Assembly: GCA_948907985.1 (NCBI GenBank) | Contig: CAQWMM010000005.1 | Span: 5-64,004 of the forward strand | DNA from: an uncultured Bacillota bacterium | GTDB taxonomy: Bacteria; Bacillota; Dehalobacteriia; UBA4068; UBA4997 | Direction of reading: 5' to 3' | DNA length: 64,000 nt | Position numbers and translations under genes: made by a program | The notes under the pieces: generated by a model | Told to the model about the DNA's origin: nothing | Databases searched by the model: none | The model's input: the letters and a program-made list of their open reading frames with translations, nothing else | Shown: piece after piece, positions 28,395 through 37,967 of the stretch | How the letters are laid out: each line of letters opens with the position of its first letter | Position numbering within the stretch: position 1 is the stretch's first letter

Positions 28395-31300
28395 ATGGCA
28401 GAAAATAAAAAAATGTTTACATTAACCATCGACGGCCAAAAGCTGACGGCCACTGCCGGCGAAACCATTTTGGCGGTGGCGCGCCGGGCCGGGATTGAGA
28501 TCCCCACCCTGTGCCATAACGACAGTCTGAAGCCTTACGGCGCCTGCGGCCTTTGCGTGGTGGCTATGGAGGGCAGCCCGCGGCTGTTCCGCGCCTGTGC
28601 GACGGAGGCGGCTGAGGGGCAGGTTATTTATACCGATACCGAGGCGGTGGTGAGCGCCCGCCGTACTGCTTTGGAGCTGCTGCTTTCCAATCATAAGGGG
28701 GATTGCGCCGCCCCCTGCCAGCTGGCTTGCCCGGCCGGAACCGATTGTCAGGGCTATGTTGGGCTGATCGCCAATAATCGCTTTGCCGAGGCCTTGCAGC
28801 TGATTAAAGAGAGTTATCCGATTCCGGCCTCTTTGGGGCGGGTTTGCCCGCACCCCTGCGAAACGGCTTGCCGCCGCGCCAAGGTGGAGCAGCCAATTAG
28901 TCTGGCACGGCTGAAACAATTTGTCGCCGACGTGGATTTGAACACCGGCAGCCCTTATCTGCCGGCTAAAAAGCCGGCCACCGGTAAGCGTGTGGCGGTG
29001 GTGGGCGGCGGCCCCGCCGGTTTGACGCTGGCCTATTTTATGGCGCTGGCCGGTCATCAGGCGGTGATTTTTGAGATGATGCCCCAAGCCGGCGGTATGC
29101 TGCGCTATGGCATACCGGAATATCGCCTGCCTAAAAATATTCTGGATATGGAAATTGCCCTGATTGAAAAGTTGGGCGTAGAAATTCGCACTAAATGTAT
29201 GCTGGGGCGGGATGTGCAGTTTGCGGATTTGCAGCGGGATTTTGACGCTGTTTATCTGGCCAACGGCGCCTGGCAGAGCGCCGGCCTGCGCTGCGAGGGC
29301 GAAACCCTGCCCGGCGTGGTGGGCGGCATTGACTTTTTGGGCAATGTGGCCCTGGGCAAGCTAAGCAAATTGGGCGGCCGCGTGGCGGTGGTGGGCGGCG
29401 GCAACACCGCTATGGACGCCTGCCGTACGGCGGTACGCCTGGGCGCGCAGGAGGTTTATGTGCTTTACCGGCGCACCGAGGCGGAAATGCCGGCGGAGGA
29501 TGTGGAAATTCGCGAGGCCCGCGAGGAGGGCGTGCAGTTTAAGTTTCTGGTAGCGCCCACCCGGATTATTGGCCATGCCCAGCATGGCCGCGCGGTGGCG
29601 ATTGAACTGCAAAAAATGGAACTGGGCGAGCCGGACGAAAGCGGCCGCCGCAAACCGGTGCCGGTGCCGGGCGGTATTGAAACCCTGCCGGTGGATCTGG
29701 TGATTGCGGCGATCGGCCAAAAGGTGGTGCCGCTTAACCTGGGTGAGGGCGCGCCGGAGCTGCAATATACCAAATGGCAGACGATTGCCGCCGACGAACG
29801 CACCTACGCGACCTCTATCCCCGGGGTTTTTGCCGGCGGCGACGCGATTAACGACGGCCCGGGTATTGCGGTGCAGGCGGTGGCGCATGCCAAACAGGCC
29901 GCCAAGGTTATCGACGAATATTTGCGCACTGGGCAGGTTGACGCGGCTTTAAATGCAGAAAAATATTTGCATAAAAACGGCGAACCGGACGCGGAATTTT
30001 TCAAAACCAAATCGCGGGTGCAGCGGGTTTCAATCAGTTATCTGCACCCGGAATACCGCAAGAGCAATTTTATGGAAGTGGCCAAGGGCTTTGAGCCAAT
30101 GGAGGCTATGTATGAGGCCAGCCGCTGTTTGGAGTGCGGCTGCGGCGATGTTTTTGAATGCCGTCTGCTGCATTATGCCCGACAATATAATGTACAGCCG
30201 CAAAAATACGCGGGTGAGATTAATATAACGCCTAAGGATGACAGCCACCGTTTTATTGTGCGGGATATGAGCAAGTGTATTTTGTGCGGTAACTGCGTGC
30301 GCGCCTGCGAGGAAGTGGCCGGCGTGGGAGCGCTGGGCTTGGATGGGCGCGGTTTCCCCACGGTGGTGGGCGCTGATTTTGGTCTGCCGCTGGGCGATAG
30401 CAGCTGCCGGGGCTGCGGCCAGTGCGTGGCGGTGTGCCCCACCGGCGCTTTGCAGGAACGCCAGCCCTGGGAAAAGCCGGTGCCGCTGGATTGTGAAACA
30501 CAGAGCGGCGTTTGTAACTTCTGCGGCAATGGCTGTAACTTGCAAATTAAACATAAAGGCGACTATCTGGTTAAGGTAGAGCCAGCCGAGGGCGGCAGAC
30601 TTTGCCAGACCGGGCGTTTTGGCTATCCGCACGCCATGACGGCCACCGGCGCGCCGACCGCCGGTATTGATTTTGGGCAGGGCATGACGGAGGCCCGGGC
30701 GGCGGACGCTCTGCGCGCGGCGGCCGCGGCGATTAATTCGCTGCGCGAAACCGACGGCACCGACACCATCGGCGTGGCGGTGGGCGATCAGCTGACCAGT
30801 GAAGAACTGTTCCTGTTGAAGTTTATGGCCGAAGAAGTTATTGGGACGGAATATATTTATGCGCCTAATGCGGAAAGCGGCGGCCTGGGCGACGTCTGGG
30901 GTTTTGACGCATCTACGGCCACCGTGGCCGATGTGGAGGCGGCGGATTTGCTGCTGGTCTTTGGCGATGAACTGGCAGAAAATTACCCGATTTTGGGTTC
31001 TCGTCTGCAAAAGGGCGTTAAAGCCGGACAAAAACTGCTGTTGGTGGCCGATAAACCGGGCGTACTGGCGGACTTTGCGGCCAGTCTGTATCAGCCGCAG
31101 GGTAATTTGCAGCTTTTAAGCCAACTGGCGCAGGGCGGAGAGAGCGCGGCGGCGCAGGAAATTTTGGCGGCTTTGGCCGGGGCGAAACGCCCGGTTTTGC
31201 TGCTGGACCGAAGCCGGCTGACGCGTGAGGCGGCGCAGTGTGTGGCGGCGCTGGCGGCTGGGGGCGGCAAACAGCTGCCGGTTTTGCAGTTGCAGGCCAG

Positions 31301-31889
31301 AGCCAACAGCCAGACGGTGCGCGCTTTGGGAATCCAGCGGAATATGCGGCAGCTGGCGGCGGATATTGCTGCCGGCAAGCTGAAAGGTCTGTTGCTTTTC
31401 GGTGTGGATTTGCCGGCGGAATTGGCCGAAAATATGGAATTTGTGCTGGAGGCCGACGCTGGTTATGGCCGGGCTTATCCTTATGCCTCGGTGCTGCTGC
31501 CGCTGGCCGGGTTCGGCGCGGTAACCGGCAGCTACGTCAATTTTGAGGGCCGTTTGCAAAAGGTTCAGGCGGCGGTGCGTCCCAATTTGGGCGAAGAGAA
31601 CTGGCAGCTTTTGGCCGGCCTGGTCAACGCCTTAAATCGCAATTACAAATTTACGGATTTACAGCAAATTCGCGACGGTTTGGCGGCAGCCTGCCCGGAA
31701 TATGCGGCGGCCTTGTCAGCAGCTGCCGGCGCGGCGGTTTATTTGAGCGCGGACGGTAAATTGCCCCAAACCCCGGCAGTTTTGCCGGCGGAACTTAAGC
31801 TTGCCGATAATTTGGCGGCACTGCCTTTTGCCCGGGAATATGAGCAGGCCAGCACGGCGGTAAAAAGCTGGCAAAAAATGAAGGTGTGA
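28395..31889 (+). CDS. NuoG/HydA-N-terminus-like Fe-S subunit with inserted GltD/NfnB-like NADPH:FAD oxidoreductase domain and degenerate FDH/molybdopterin-like C-terminal domain (StnC-like); no H-cluster
   Basis: N-terminal plant-type 2Fe-2S (CHNDSLKPYGACGLCVV). GltD-like Cys cluster plus two Rossmann motifs (VAVVGGGPAGL, VAVVGGGNTAMD). CILCGNCVRAC and CRGCGQCVAVCP ferredoxin motifs. CNFCGNGCNL molybdopterin-oxidoreductase Fe4S4 motif. Truncated MoCo-like domain without catalytic Cys/Sec. Confidence 0.8.
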   Translation: MAENKKMFTLTIDGQKLTATAGETILAVARRAGIEIPTLCHNDSLKPYGACGLCVVAMEGSPRLFRACATEAAEGQVIYTDTEAVVSARRTALELLLSNHKGDCAAPCQLACPAGTDCQGYVGLIANNRFAEALQLIKESYPIPASLGRVCPHPCETACRRAKVEQPISLARLKQFVADVDLNTGSPYLPAKKPATGKRVAVVGGGPAGLTLAYFMALAGHQAVIFEMMPQAGGMLRYGIPEYRLPKNILDMEIALIEKLGVEIRTKCMLGRDVQFADLQRDFDAVYLANGAWQSAGLRCEGETLPGVVGGIDFLGNVALGKLSKLGGRVAVVGGGNTAMDACRTAVRLGAQEVYVLYRRTEAEMPAEDVEIREAREEGVQFKFLVAPTRIIGHAQHGRAVAIELQKMELGEPDESGRRKPVPVPGGIETLPVDLVIAAIGQKVVPLNLGEGAPELQYTKWQTIAADERTYATSIPGVFAGGDAINDGPGIAVQAVAHAKQAAKVIDEYLRTGQVDAALNAEKYLHKNGEPDAEFFKTKSRVQRVSISYLHPEYRKSNFMEVAKGFEPMEAMYEASRCLECGCGDVFECRLLHYARQYNVQPQKYAGEINITPKDDSHRFIVRDMSKCILCGNCVRACEEVAGVGALGLDGRGFPTVVGADFGLPLGDSSCRGCGQCVAVCPTGALQERQPWEKPVPLDCETQSGVCNFCGNGCNLQIKHKGDYLVKVEPAEGGRLCQTGRFGYPHAMTATGAPTAGIDFGQGMTEARAADALRAAAAAINSLRETDGTDTIGVAVGDQLTSEELFLLKFMAEEVIGTEYIYAPNAESGGLGDVWGFDASTATVADVEAADLLLVFGDELAENYPILGSRLQKGVKAGQKLLLVADKPGVLADFAASLYQPQGNLQLLSQLAQGGESAAAQEILAALAGAKRPVLLLDRSRLTREAAQCVAALAAGGGKQLPVLQLQARANSQTVRALGIQRNMRQLAADIAAGKLKGLLLFGVDLPAELAENMEFVLEADAGYGRAYPYASVLLPLAGFGAVTGSYVNFEGRLQKVQAAVRPNLGEENWQLLAGLVNALNRNYKFTDLQQIRDGLAAACPEYAAALSAAAGAAVYLSADGKLPQTPAVLPAELKLADNLAALPFAREYEQASTAVKSWQKMKV

Positions 31890-31891
31890 TT

Positions 31892-32818
31892 ATGCGGCAA
31901 AATTTTGATGCGGCCGCTTATGTGCAGGCGCGGCAAAAGCTGATTAACAACGCGCTGGCGGCGGAAATGGAGAGGGCGGGCCGGACGGCCCCGCCCGGCG
32001 CTGGTGTGGAGCGGCTGCTGGCGGCTATGGAATACAGCCTGCTGGCCGGTGGCAAAAGGCTGCGCCCGTTGCTGTTTCTGGCGGCGCTGGAAAGCATCGG
32101 CCAGGTGGAGGAGAACGAACTGGCGGCTTATCTGCCTTTCGCCTGCGGCATTGAAATGCTGCACACCTATTCTTTGATTCATGACGACCTGCCGGCGATG
32201 GATAACGACGCTCTGCGGCGGGGGCGGCCCAGCTGCCACAAAGCTTTTGACGAGGCGACGGCAATTTTGGCCGGCGACGGCCTGTTGACGCATTGTTTTT
32301 GCTGCCTGCTGGCGGCCGGCGCGCCGGCGGAGCGGCTTGTTCAGGCCGGGCGGTATTTCGCCTGGCAGGCCGGCATTGGCGGTATGGTGAGCGGCCAGGC
32401 GCTGGATATTGATGCGGAAACGGCTGCGGAGCCGCTGAATTTGGCCGGTTTGCGCAAAATTCACGCCAGTAAAACCGGCGCGCTGTTGGAGTCTGCCATA
32501 GTTTGCGGCGGTATTCTGGCGGGAGCTGATGAGGCGCAAAAGCAGGCATTGAAAGAATTTGGCCGGCAGTTTGGTTTGGCTTTCCAGATAACCGACGATA
32601 TTTTGGATGTCGTGGGGGATGAAGCTAAACTGGGCAAACCGGTGGGCAGCGATGCGGCCAACAATAAAACCACTTATGTTTCGCTGTTGGGCCTGGCGGG
32701 AGCCGGGCAGGCGGCGCAGGCGGCTATGACAGCGGCCCGGGATGCTTTGGAGCCGTTGGGCGAGTCGGGGCGGCTGCTTGGGGCTTTGACGGATTATTAT
32801 TGCAGGCGGGATAACTGA
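31892..32818 (+). CDS. ispA: Short-chain polyprenyl diphosphate synthase (FPP/GGPP synthase)
   Basis: LIHDDLPAMDNDALRRGRP (first DDxxD/FARM) and ITDDILD (second Asp-rich motif). Start overlaps the stnC stop (gtgTGAttATG). Confidence 0.9.
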   Translation: MRQNFDAAAYVQARQKLINNALAAEMERAGRTAPPGAGVERLLAAMEYSLLAGGKRLRPLLFLAALESIGQVEENELAAYLPFACGIEMLHTYSLIHDDLPAMDNDALRRGRPSCHKAFDEATAILAGDGLLTHCFCCLLAAGAPAERLVQAGRYFAWQAGIGGMVSGQALDIDAETAAEPLNLAGLRKIHASKTGALLESAIVCGGILAGADEAQKQALKEFGRQFGLAFQITDDILDVVGDEAKLGKPVGSDAANNKTTYVSLLGLAGAGQAAQAAMTAARDALEPLGESGRLLGALTDYYCRRDN

Positions 32819-32839
32819 AAAACAGGAGGGGGAAGCACT

Positions 32840-33187
32840 ATGCCTTATATCAGAATGGCAACGTCTCAACAACTGACTGCCGCGCAAAAGGACGATTTTA
32901 AAAGCGGGCTGGCGGAGATTATCGGCTTGATACCGGGCAAAACTGAGGCGGCCTTGATGGTAGAAGTCGACGACGGCATAACGATGTATTTTAAGGGTGA
33001 AAAGCGCGCTTTGGCCTATTTGGACGCTAAATTTTCCGGCGATACGGAGTTTGAACATAAAAAACTGTTCACCGAGGCTGCCTGCGCTTTGACGCAAAAG
33101 GTCTGCGGTCTGCCGCCGGACGCGGTTTATCTGACTTACAGCGTCTTTAATGAATGGGGAACCGGCGGAACCTTAAAGGCGCGTTAA
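32840..33187 (+). CDS. MIF/tautomerase-superfamily protein (Pro-1 tautomerase)
   Basis: 115 aa; Met-Pro N-terminus (MPYIRM); C-terminal VYLTYSVFNEWGTGG resembles the MIF ...YINYYDMNAANVGWNG region. Confidence 0.6.
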   Translation: MPYIRMATSQQLTAAQKDDFKSGLAEIIGLIPGKTEAALMVEVDDGITMYFKGEKRALAYLDAKFSGDTEFEHKKLFTEAACALTQKVCGLPPDAVYLTYSVFNEWGTGGTLKAR

Positions 33188-33293
33188 ATACTTGCTGAAA
33201 ATACTTGATTAATTGCGGCGGGCGTTATATAATAAGGCTTTATAAAAGGTCTTTAATTTAGCCTGAATTTAGTATGGGAGGAAGATTTGACAT

Positions 33294-34433
33294 ATGAAAT
33301 ATCGGGATCTGGGTAAGACCGGTCTTAAAGTCAGCGAGATTGGCCTGGGCTGCGAGGGTTTTATTAATCAGCCGGCGGCGAATGAAATGTTTGCGCAGGC
33401 CCTGGCGCAGGGCGTAAACTGCATGGATTTATACAGCCCTAATCCAGATTTGCATCGCCTGGTGGGCAGAAATATCACTGGCCGGCGGGCGGATTTTGTG
33501 TTGCAGGCGCATCTTTGTACTGCCTGGCAGAATGGGCAGTATAAAGCTACGCGTGATTTGACCGAGGTTCAGCAGGCTTTTGAATTGATGCTGCAAAATT
33601 TAGGTACTGATTATATTGACATTGGTATGATCCACTATGTGGATTCGGTGCAGCTTTGGCGGCAGATTGCCGAAGGCGGCATTTTGGCTTACGCCCGGGA
33701 GTTGAAAAAACAGGGGCGGATTCGGCATATCGGCGTTAGCAGCCATAACCCGGAGGCTGCGCTGGCCGCGGTGGCAAGCGGGGAGATTGAGGTTGTGATG
33801 TTCAGCGTTAACCCTTGCTATGATTTGCTGCCGGGTGATGAAGATTTGGAAAAACTCTGGGCGGATGAGAGCTACGCCCAACCCCTGTTAAATTTGGAGC
33901 CTAAGCGTGAAGAACTGTATGAAACCTGCCTGCGTTTGGGGGTGGGTATAACGGTGATGAAAGCTTTTGGCGGCGGCGACCTGCTGACTGACGATTCGCC
34001 GGCGGGGCGAAAGCTGACGGTTTGCCAATGCCTGCAATATGCGCTGGACCGACCGTCGGTGGCGGCGGTGATGGTGGGCGCTCATTCTCCGGAGGAGCTG
34101 GCGGCCAGCCTGCATTATGTCGAGGCCGACGCGGCAGAGCGGGATTATACGGCGGCTTTTGCCGATTTTCCGCGGATTAGCTGGCAGGGGCATTGTATGT
34201 ATTGCGGCCATTGCGCGCCTTGCCCGCAGGGGATTGATATTGCCGCGGTAACTAAATTTTTGAACCTGGCCCGGGCGCAGGGAGAAATCCCGGAAACTGT
34301 GCGCGAGCATTACGCGGCGCTGCCAGTTACTGCCAGCGCCTGTATCGCCTGCGGAGCCTGCGCGCGCCGCTGTCCGTTTATGGTGGACGCGCCGGCCAAT
34401 ATGCAGGCGGCCAGAGAATTATTTGGTTATTAA
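33294..34433 (+). CDS. Aldo/keto reductase fused to a C-terminal 2x[4Fe-4S] ferredoxin domain
   Basis: MKYRDLGKTGLKVSEIGLGCEGF AKR N-terminus. C-terminal CMYCGHCAPCP and CIACGACARRCP motifs. Confidence 0.85.
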   Translation: MKYRDLGKTGLKVSEIGLGCEGFINQPAANEMFAQALAQGVNCMDLYSPNPDLHRLVGRNITGRRADFVLQAHLCTAWQNGQYKATRDLTEVQQAFELMLQNLGTDYIDIGMIHYVDSVQLWRQIAEGGILAYARELKKQGRIRHIGVSSHNPEAALAAVASGEIEVVMFSVNPCYDLLPGDEDLEKLWADESYAQPLLNLEPKREELYETCLRLGVGITVMKAFGGGDLLTDDSPAGRKLTVCQCLQYALDRPSVAAVMVGAHSPEELAASLHYVEADAAERDYTAAFADFPRISWQGHCMYCGHCAPCPQGIDIAAVTKFLNLARAQGEIPETVREHYAALPVTASACIACGACARRCPFMVDAPANMQAARELFGY

Positions 34434-34470
34434 AATAGCGGGCGTAAATAAACCAAAACAGGAGATAGTT

Positions 34471-36054
34471 ATGCTGGCAATTATAAAAAGCTGCTCGCTG
34501 CAAGGCGCTGACGCCTATTTGGTGAATGTGGAGGTGGACGTTGCCAAGGGCCTGCCGGCTTTTGACATCGTCGGTTTGCCGGATACGGCGGTACGGGAAA
34601 GCCGCGAGCGCGTACGCACCGCTATTCGCAACAGCGGTTTTGATTTTCCATATGAGCGTATTACGGTAAACCTGGCGCCGGCGGATGTGAAAAAAGAGGG
34701 CGCAAATTTTGATTTGGCGATTGCGGCGGGTATTCTGCTGGCCACCGGGCAGCTGAACGAGGCGCGGACTGGTAAGCCCGGCCTGACCATGAATGACAGT
34801 GCTTTGCTGGGCGAACTTTCTCTGGATGGCAGTCTGCGCCGGGTGAACGGCGTTTTGCCCATGTCGCGCATTTTGCCGGAGCAGGGCGTTGCCAATTTGA
34901 TCTTGCCGCAGGTTAACGCGGCGGAGGGTGCGCTTTTGGGACGGACGGCGGTTTGGGGAATTGACAGCCTGAGCCGGTTTGTGCAGTGGTGGCGCGGTCA
35001 GATTGAGCTGGAACCATGCCGGGTTGACGTGGCGGAACTTTTCCGCCGGTCGGCCAGCCGGGCGCAGGGTTTGGATATGGCGGATGTCAAGGGGCAGCAG
35101 CTGGCGAAAAGGGCTTTGGAGATTGCGGCGGCCGGACGGCATAATCTGTTAATGCTGGGTTCGCCCGGTTCCGGCAAAACTATGCTGGCCAGGCGTTTGC
35201 CGGGGATTCTGCCGGAACTGACTTTGGCCGAAAGTTTGGAGATCACCCGCATATACAGTATTTGCGGCCTGCTGCCGGAGGGCCAGCCTTTGATAACGGA
35301 GCGGCCTTTCCGCGCGCCGCACCACACCTCGTCGGCGCAGAGCGTGATTGGCGGCGGGCGGACGCCCCGCCCGGGCGAGGTCAGCCTGGCGCATAACGGC
35401 GTATTGTTTTTGGACGAACTGCCGGAGTTTAACCGGGCTGTGCGGGAGAGCCTGCGCCAGCCGCTGGAGGATAAGGTGGTTACGGTATCGCGCGTGCAGG
35501 GGCGGATGGATTTTGACGCCGCCTTTCAGCTGATCGCGGCCATGAACCCCTGCCCCTGCGGCTTTTTGGGGGACCCGGTTAAGCCCTGCACCTGCACTCC
35601 CTATCAGATTTCCCGTTATTTGGGGCGGGTTTCCGGGCCGCTGCTGGATCGGATTGATTTGCAGGTTAATGTTCAGCGGGTGGAATTTGCGGATCTGAAC
35701 AATGACACCAAGGCGGAATCTTCGGCGGAGATTAAGGCCCGGGTGGTGGCGGCGCGGCAAATTCAGCTGCGGCGTTTTGCGGCTGAATCTGCGCCCGGGC
35801 AGGAGCAGCGGATTTTTGCCAATGCGGATATGAACCGCGCCCAACTGGAAAAATACTGCCGCCTGCAACCGGCGGCGGAAAATATTCTGGCCAAAGCTTT
35901 TGCCCGCCTTAATCTAAGCGCCCGCGCCCATGATCGTTTGCTGAAAGTGGCGCGGACGATTGCCGACCTGGCGGGCAGCGAACTGATTGAGGCGGCGCAT
36001 ATTGCCGAGGCGGTGCAATATCGCGGTCTGGAAAAATTTGCGGAATATAAATAG
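34471..36054 (+). CDS. comM: YifB/ComM-family Mg-chelatase-like AAA+ ATPase
   Basis: MLAIIKSCSLQGADAYLVNVEVD N-terminal Lon-like domain; Walker A LMLGSPGSGKTM; C-terminal MCM/chelatase region. Confidence 0.9.
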   Translation: MLAIIKSCSLQGADAYLVNVEVDVAKGLPAFDIVGLPDTAVRESRERVRTAIRNSGFDFPYERITVNLAPADVKKEGANFDLAIAAGILLATGQLNEARTGKPGLTMNDSALLGELSLDGSLRRVNGVLPMSRILPEQGVANLILPQVNAAEGALLGRTAVWGIDSLSRFVQWWRGQIELEPCRVDVAELFRRSASRAQGLDMADVKGQQLAKRALEIAAAGRHNLLMLGSPGSGKTMLARRLPGILPELTLAESLEITRIYSICGLLPEGQPLITERPFRAPHHTSSAQSVIGGGRTPRPGEVSLAHNGVLFLDELPEFNRAVRESLRQPLEDKVVTVSRVQGRMDFDAAFQLIAAMNPCPCGFLGDPVKPCTCTPYQISRYLGRVSGPLLDRIDLQVNVQRVEFADLNNDTKAESSAEIKARVVAARQIQLRRFAAESAPGQEQRIFANADMNRAQLEKYCRLQPAAENILAKAFARLNLSARAHDRLLKVARTIADLAGSELIEAAHIAEAVQYRGLEKFAEYK

Positions 36055-36116
36055 ATTGCGCTGAATAAGATTAGTCAGAAGCAGATAGTGTTTTTTTGTG
36101 ATAAGAGGGATCGAAA

Positions 36117-37112
36117 ATGCAGAATATGGACAATAGCAGTTGGGGGCTGAAACTGACGGCTTTTTTGGCTTTGGCGGCGGCGATGATTTTAGCCGGCCTG
36201 ACCTTTTATTGCAGCACGGCGGGCGGCGGGCAGGCCGAGGCCGATCAGCGCGTGGTTTTGCGCAGTCTGCCGCCGGATTTGCGCCAGCTGGCCTTGGACA
36301 TTTTTGATGAAACCTATATTGTCCGCCCGCACCTGGACAATGATTTTAAGGTGGAAAGCGGGCGTTATGATTTGTTTTTGCGCAATCAGCAGACGGCGGA
36401 AAGCGAAGCGGCCCGGGTTTATATGCAGGGGGCGGCTTTGCAGGAATATACTTTGAGCTGTGTTTCCCGCGGCTCGGTGTTTTCTAACCGGGCGGCTGGC
36501 AAAATGGTTGCGCTGACCTTTGACGACGGATTGTTTGCCAAAAAAACGCCGCAGATTTTGCAGATTTTACAGGACAATGACTGCCGGGCGACTTTTTTTG
36601 CTTTGGGCAAATATGTACATAATAATCCGGAACTTGCACAGCAGGTTTTGAACGCCGGCTGTGAGCTTGGCAGTCATTCATGGTTTCACAGCAAACAGAC
36701 GGCATTATCCGCAGCCGAGCGGGAGGACGATTTTGCCCGTGTGGCTAAGGCCTTTGGCGAAGCAATCGGCACGCCGCCTTATCTTTTCCGGGCGCCTTAC
36801 GGGGCTTTGGATGATGAGGTTAAGGCGGATATTGCCCGGCAAAATATGATTTCCGTTTTGTGGTCTTTGGATACCGAAGACTGGCGGGCCAAATCAGCCG
36901 ACGCAGTTTATAATTCGGTGCTGGATGTGGTGAGGGACGGGGACATTATCCTGATGCACGAAAACGCCGAATATACTATTGAGGTTTTGCCGCGGATTTT
37001 AAAAGATCTTAAGGGCAGAGGTTATCAGGTGGTTACGGTGAGCGAACTGGTTTATGCCGGCAGCGATATTAAGGCGGCTGTGGACGACGGCAGAATAAAA
37101 AATAACAATTAA
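36117..37112 (+). CDS. Polysaccharide deacetylase (NodB domain) family protein, second copy
   Basis: MVALTFDDG...GSHSWFH NodB motifs; N-terminal TM/signal. Confidence 0.8.
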   Translation: MQNMDNSSWGLKLTAFLALAAAMILAGLTFYCSTAGGGQAEADQRVVLRSLPPDLRQLALDIFDETYIVRPHLDNDFKVESGRYDLFLRNQQTAESEAARVYMQGAALQEYTLSCVSRGSVFSNRAAGKMVALTFDDGLFAKKTPQILQILQDNDCRATFFALGKYVHNNPELAQQVLNAGCELGSHSWFHSKQTALSAAEREDDFARVAKAFGEAIGTPPYLFRAPYGALDDEVKADIARQNMISVLWSLDTEDWRAKSADAVYNSVLDVVRDGDIILMHENAEYTIEVLPRILKDLKGRGYQVVTVSELVYAGSDIKAAVDDGRIKNNN

Positions 37113-37120
37113 AAAATCTA

Positions 37121-37933
37121 ATGATGAAAGCAGGAAAAATGGGCGTACTTGGAAAATACATTTATACAGCGGATGGACGGCAGCAGCCGCTTTATTATTT
37201 GGAGGGCGGCAGCGGCTGGCCGGTTTGGCTGCTGCATGGCTGGGGCTGCTCCAGCGAAACGATGCTGCCGGTGTTTCAACATCTGGCGGCGAATTTTCAT
37301 GTTTATTGCTTTGATTTGCCTGGCTTTGGCTTAAGCCCGGAACCGCCGGCCGCCTGGGATACGGTGGCCTATGCGGCTATGCTGGCCGATTTCTGCCGCC
37401 AGACCTGTGAAAGGCCGCCGGTTCTGTTGGCCCATTCCTTTGGCGGCCGTTTGAGCCTGCGCCTGGCGGCACAGGGCGTTCCGCATAAAATGATTTTAAC
37501 CGGCTGCGCGGGGCTGAAGCCGCACCGCGGCGTGGACTATTACGCCAAGGTTTACAGCTATAAGGCGGCGAAAAAACTGCTTTCTCTGCCGGGGCTGGGC
37601 GCTAAAAAACAGGAGTGGCTGGCCAAAGCCAGAGCCAAAAGCGGTTCCAGCGATTACCGGCAGGCCTCGGAGGTTATGCGCTCTGTTTTTGTTAAAACGG
37701 TGAACGAGGATCAAACCGCCAATCTGCCGAAAATTAAAGCGCCGACAATTTTATTTTGGGGCGCGCAGGATTCGGCTACGCCGCTGGCCGACGGCCAGCT
37801 GATGGCCGGTAAAATGCAGGACGCGGCTTTGATTGTGAAACAAAACGGCACGCATTTTGCCTTTTTGGAGTTTCTACCGGAATTTTTGGCGATTTGCGAC
37901 AGTTTTCTGGCGCCGGAAAAGGCGCGGGCGTGA
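37121..37933 (+). CDS. Alpha/beta-fold hydrolase
   Basis: HGWGCSS..., AHSFGG (GxSxG nucleophile elbow); 270 aa. Confidence 0.75.
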   Translation: MMKAGKMGVLGKYIYTADGRQQPLYYLEGGSGWPVWLLHGWGCSSETMLPVFQHLAANFHVYCFDLPGFGLSPEPPAAWDTVAYAAMLADFCRQTCERPPVLLAHSFGGRLSLRLAAQGVPHKMILTGCAGLKPHRGVDYYAKVYSYKAAKKLLSLPGLGAKKQEWLAKARAKSGSSDYRQASEVMRSVFVKTVNEDQTANLPKIKAPTILFWGAQDSATPLADGQLMAGKMQDAALIVKQNGTHFAFLEFLPEFLAICDSFLAPEKARA

Positions 37934-37967
37934 ATGAACCTGACGAATAGGGAAGGAGCAGTTTTTG

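Noticed and set aside
30400-30700. Possible selenocysteine (in-frame TGA) in the FDH-like domain of the StnC-like protein
   Set aside because: The ORF is continuous with no in-frame TGA. The position equivalent to the FDH catalytic Cys/Sec is occupied by non-Cys residues (…YAPNAESGG…).
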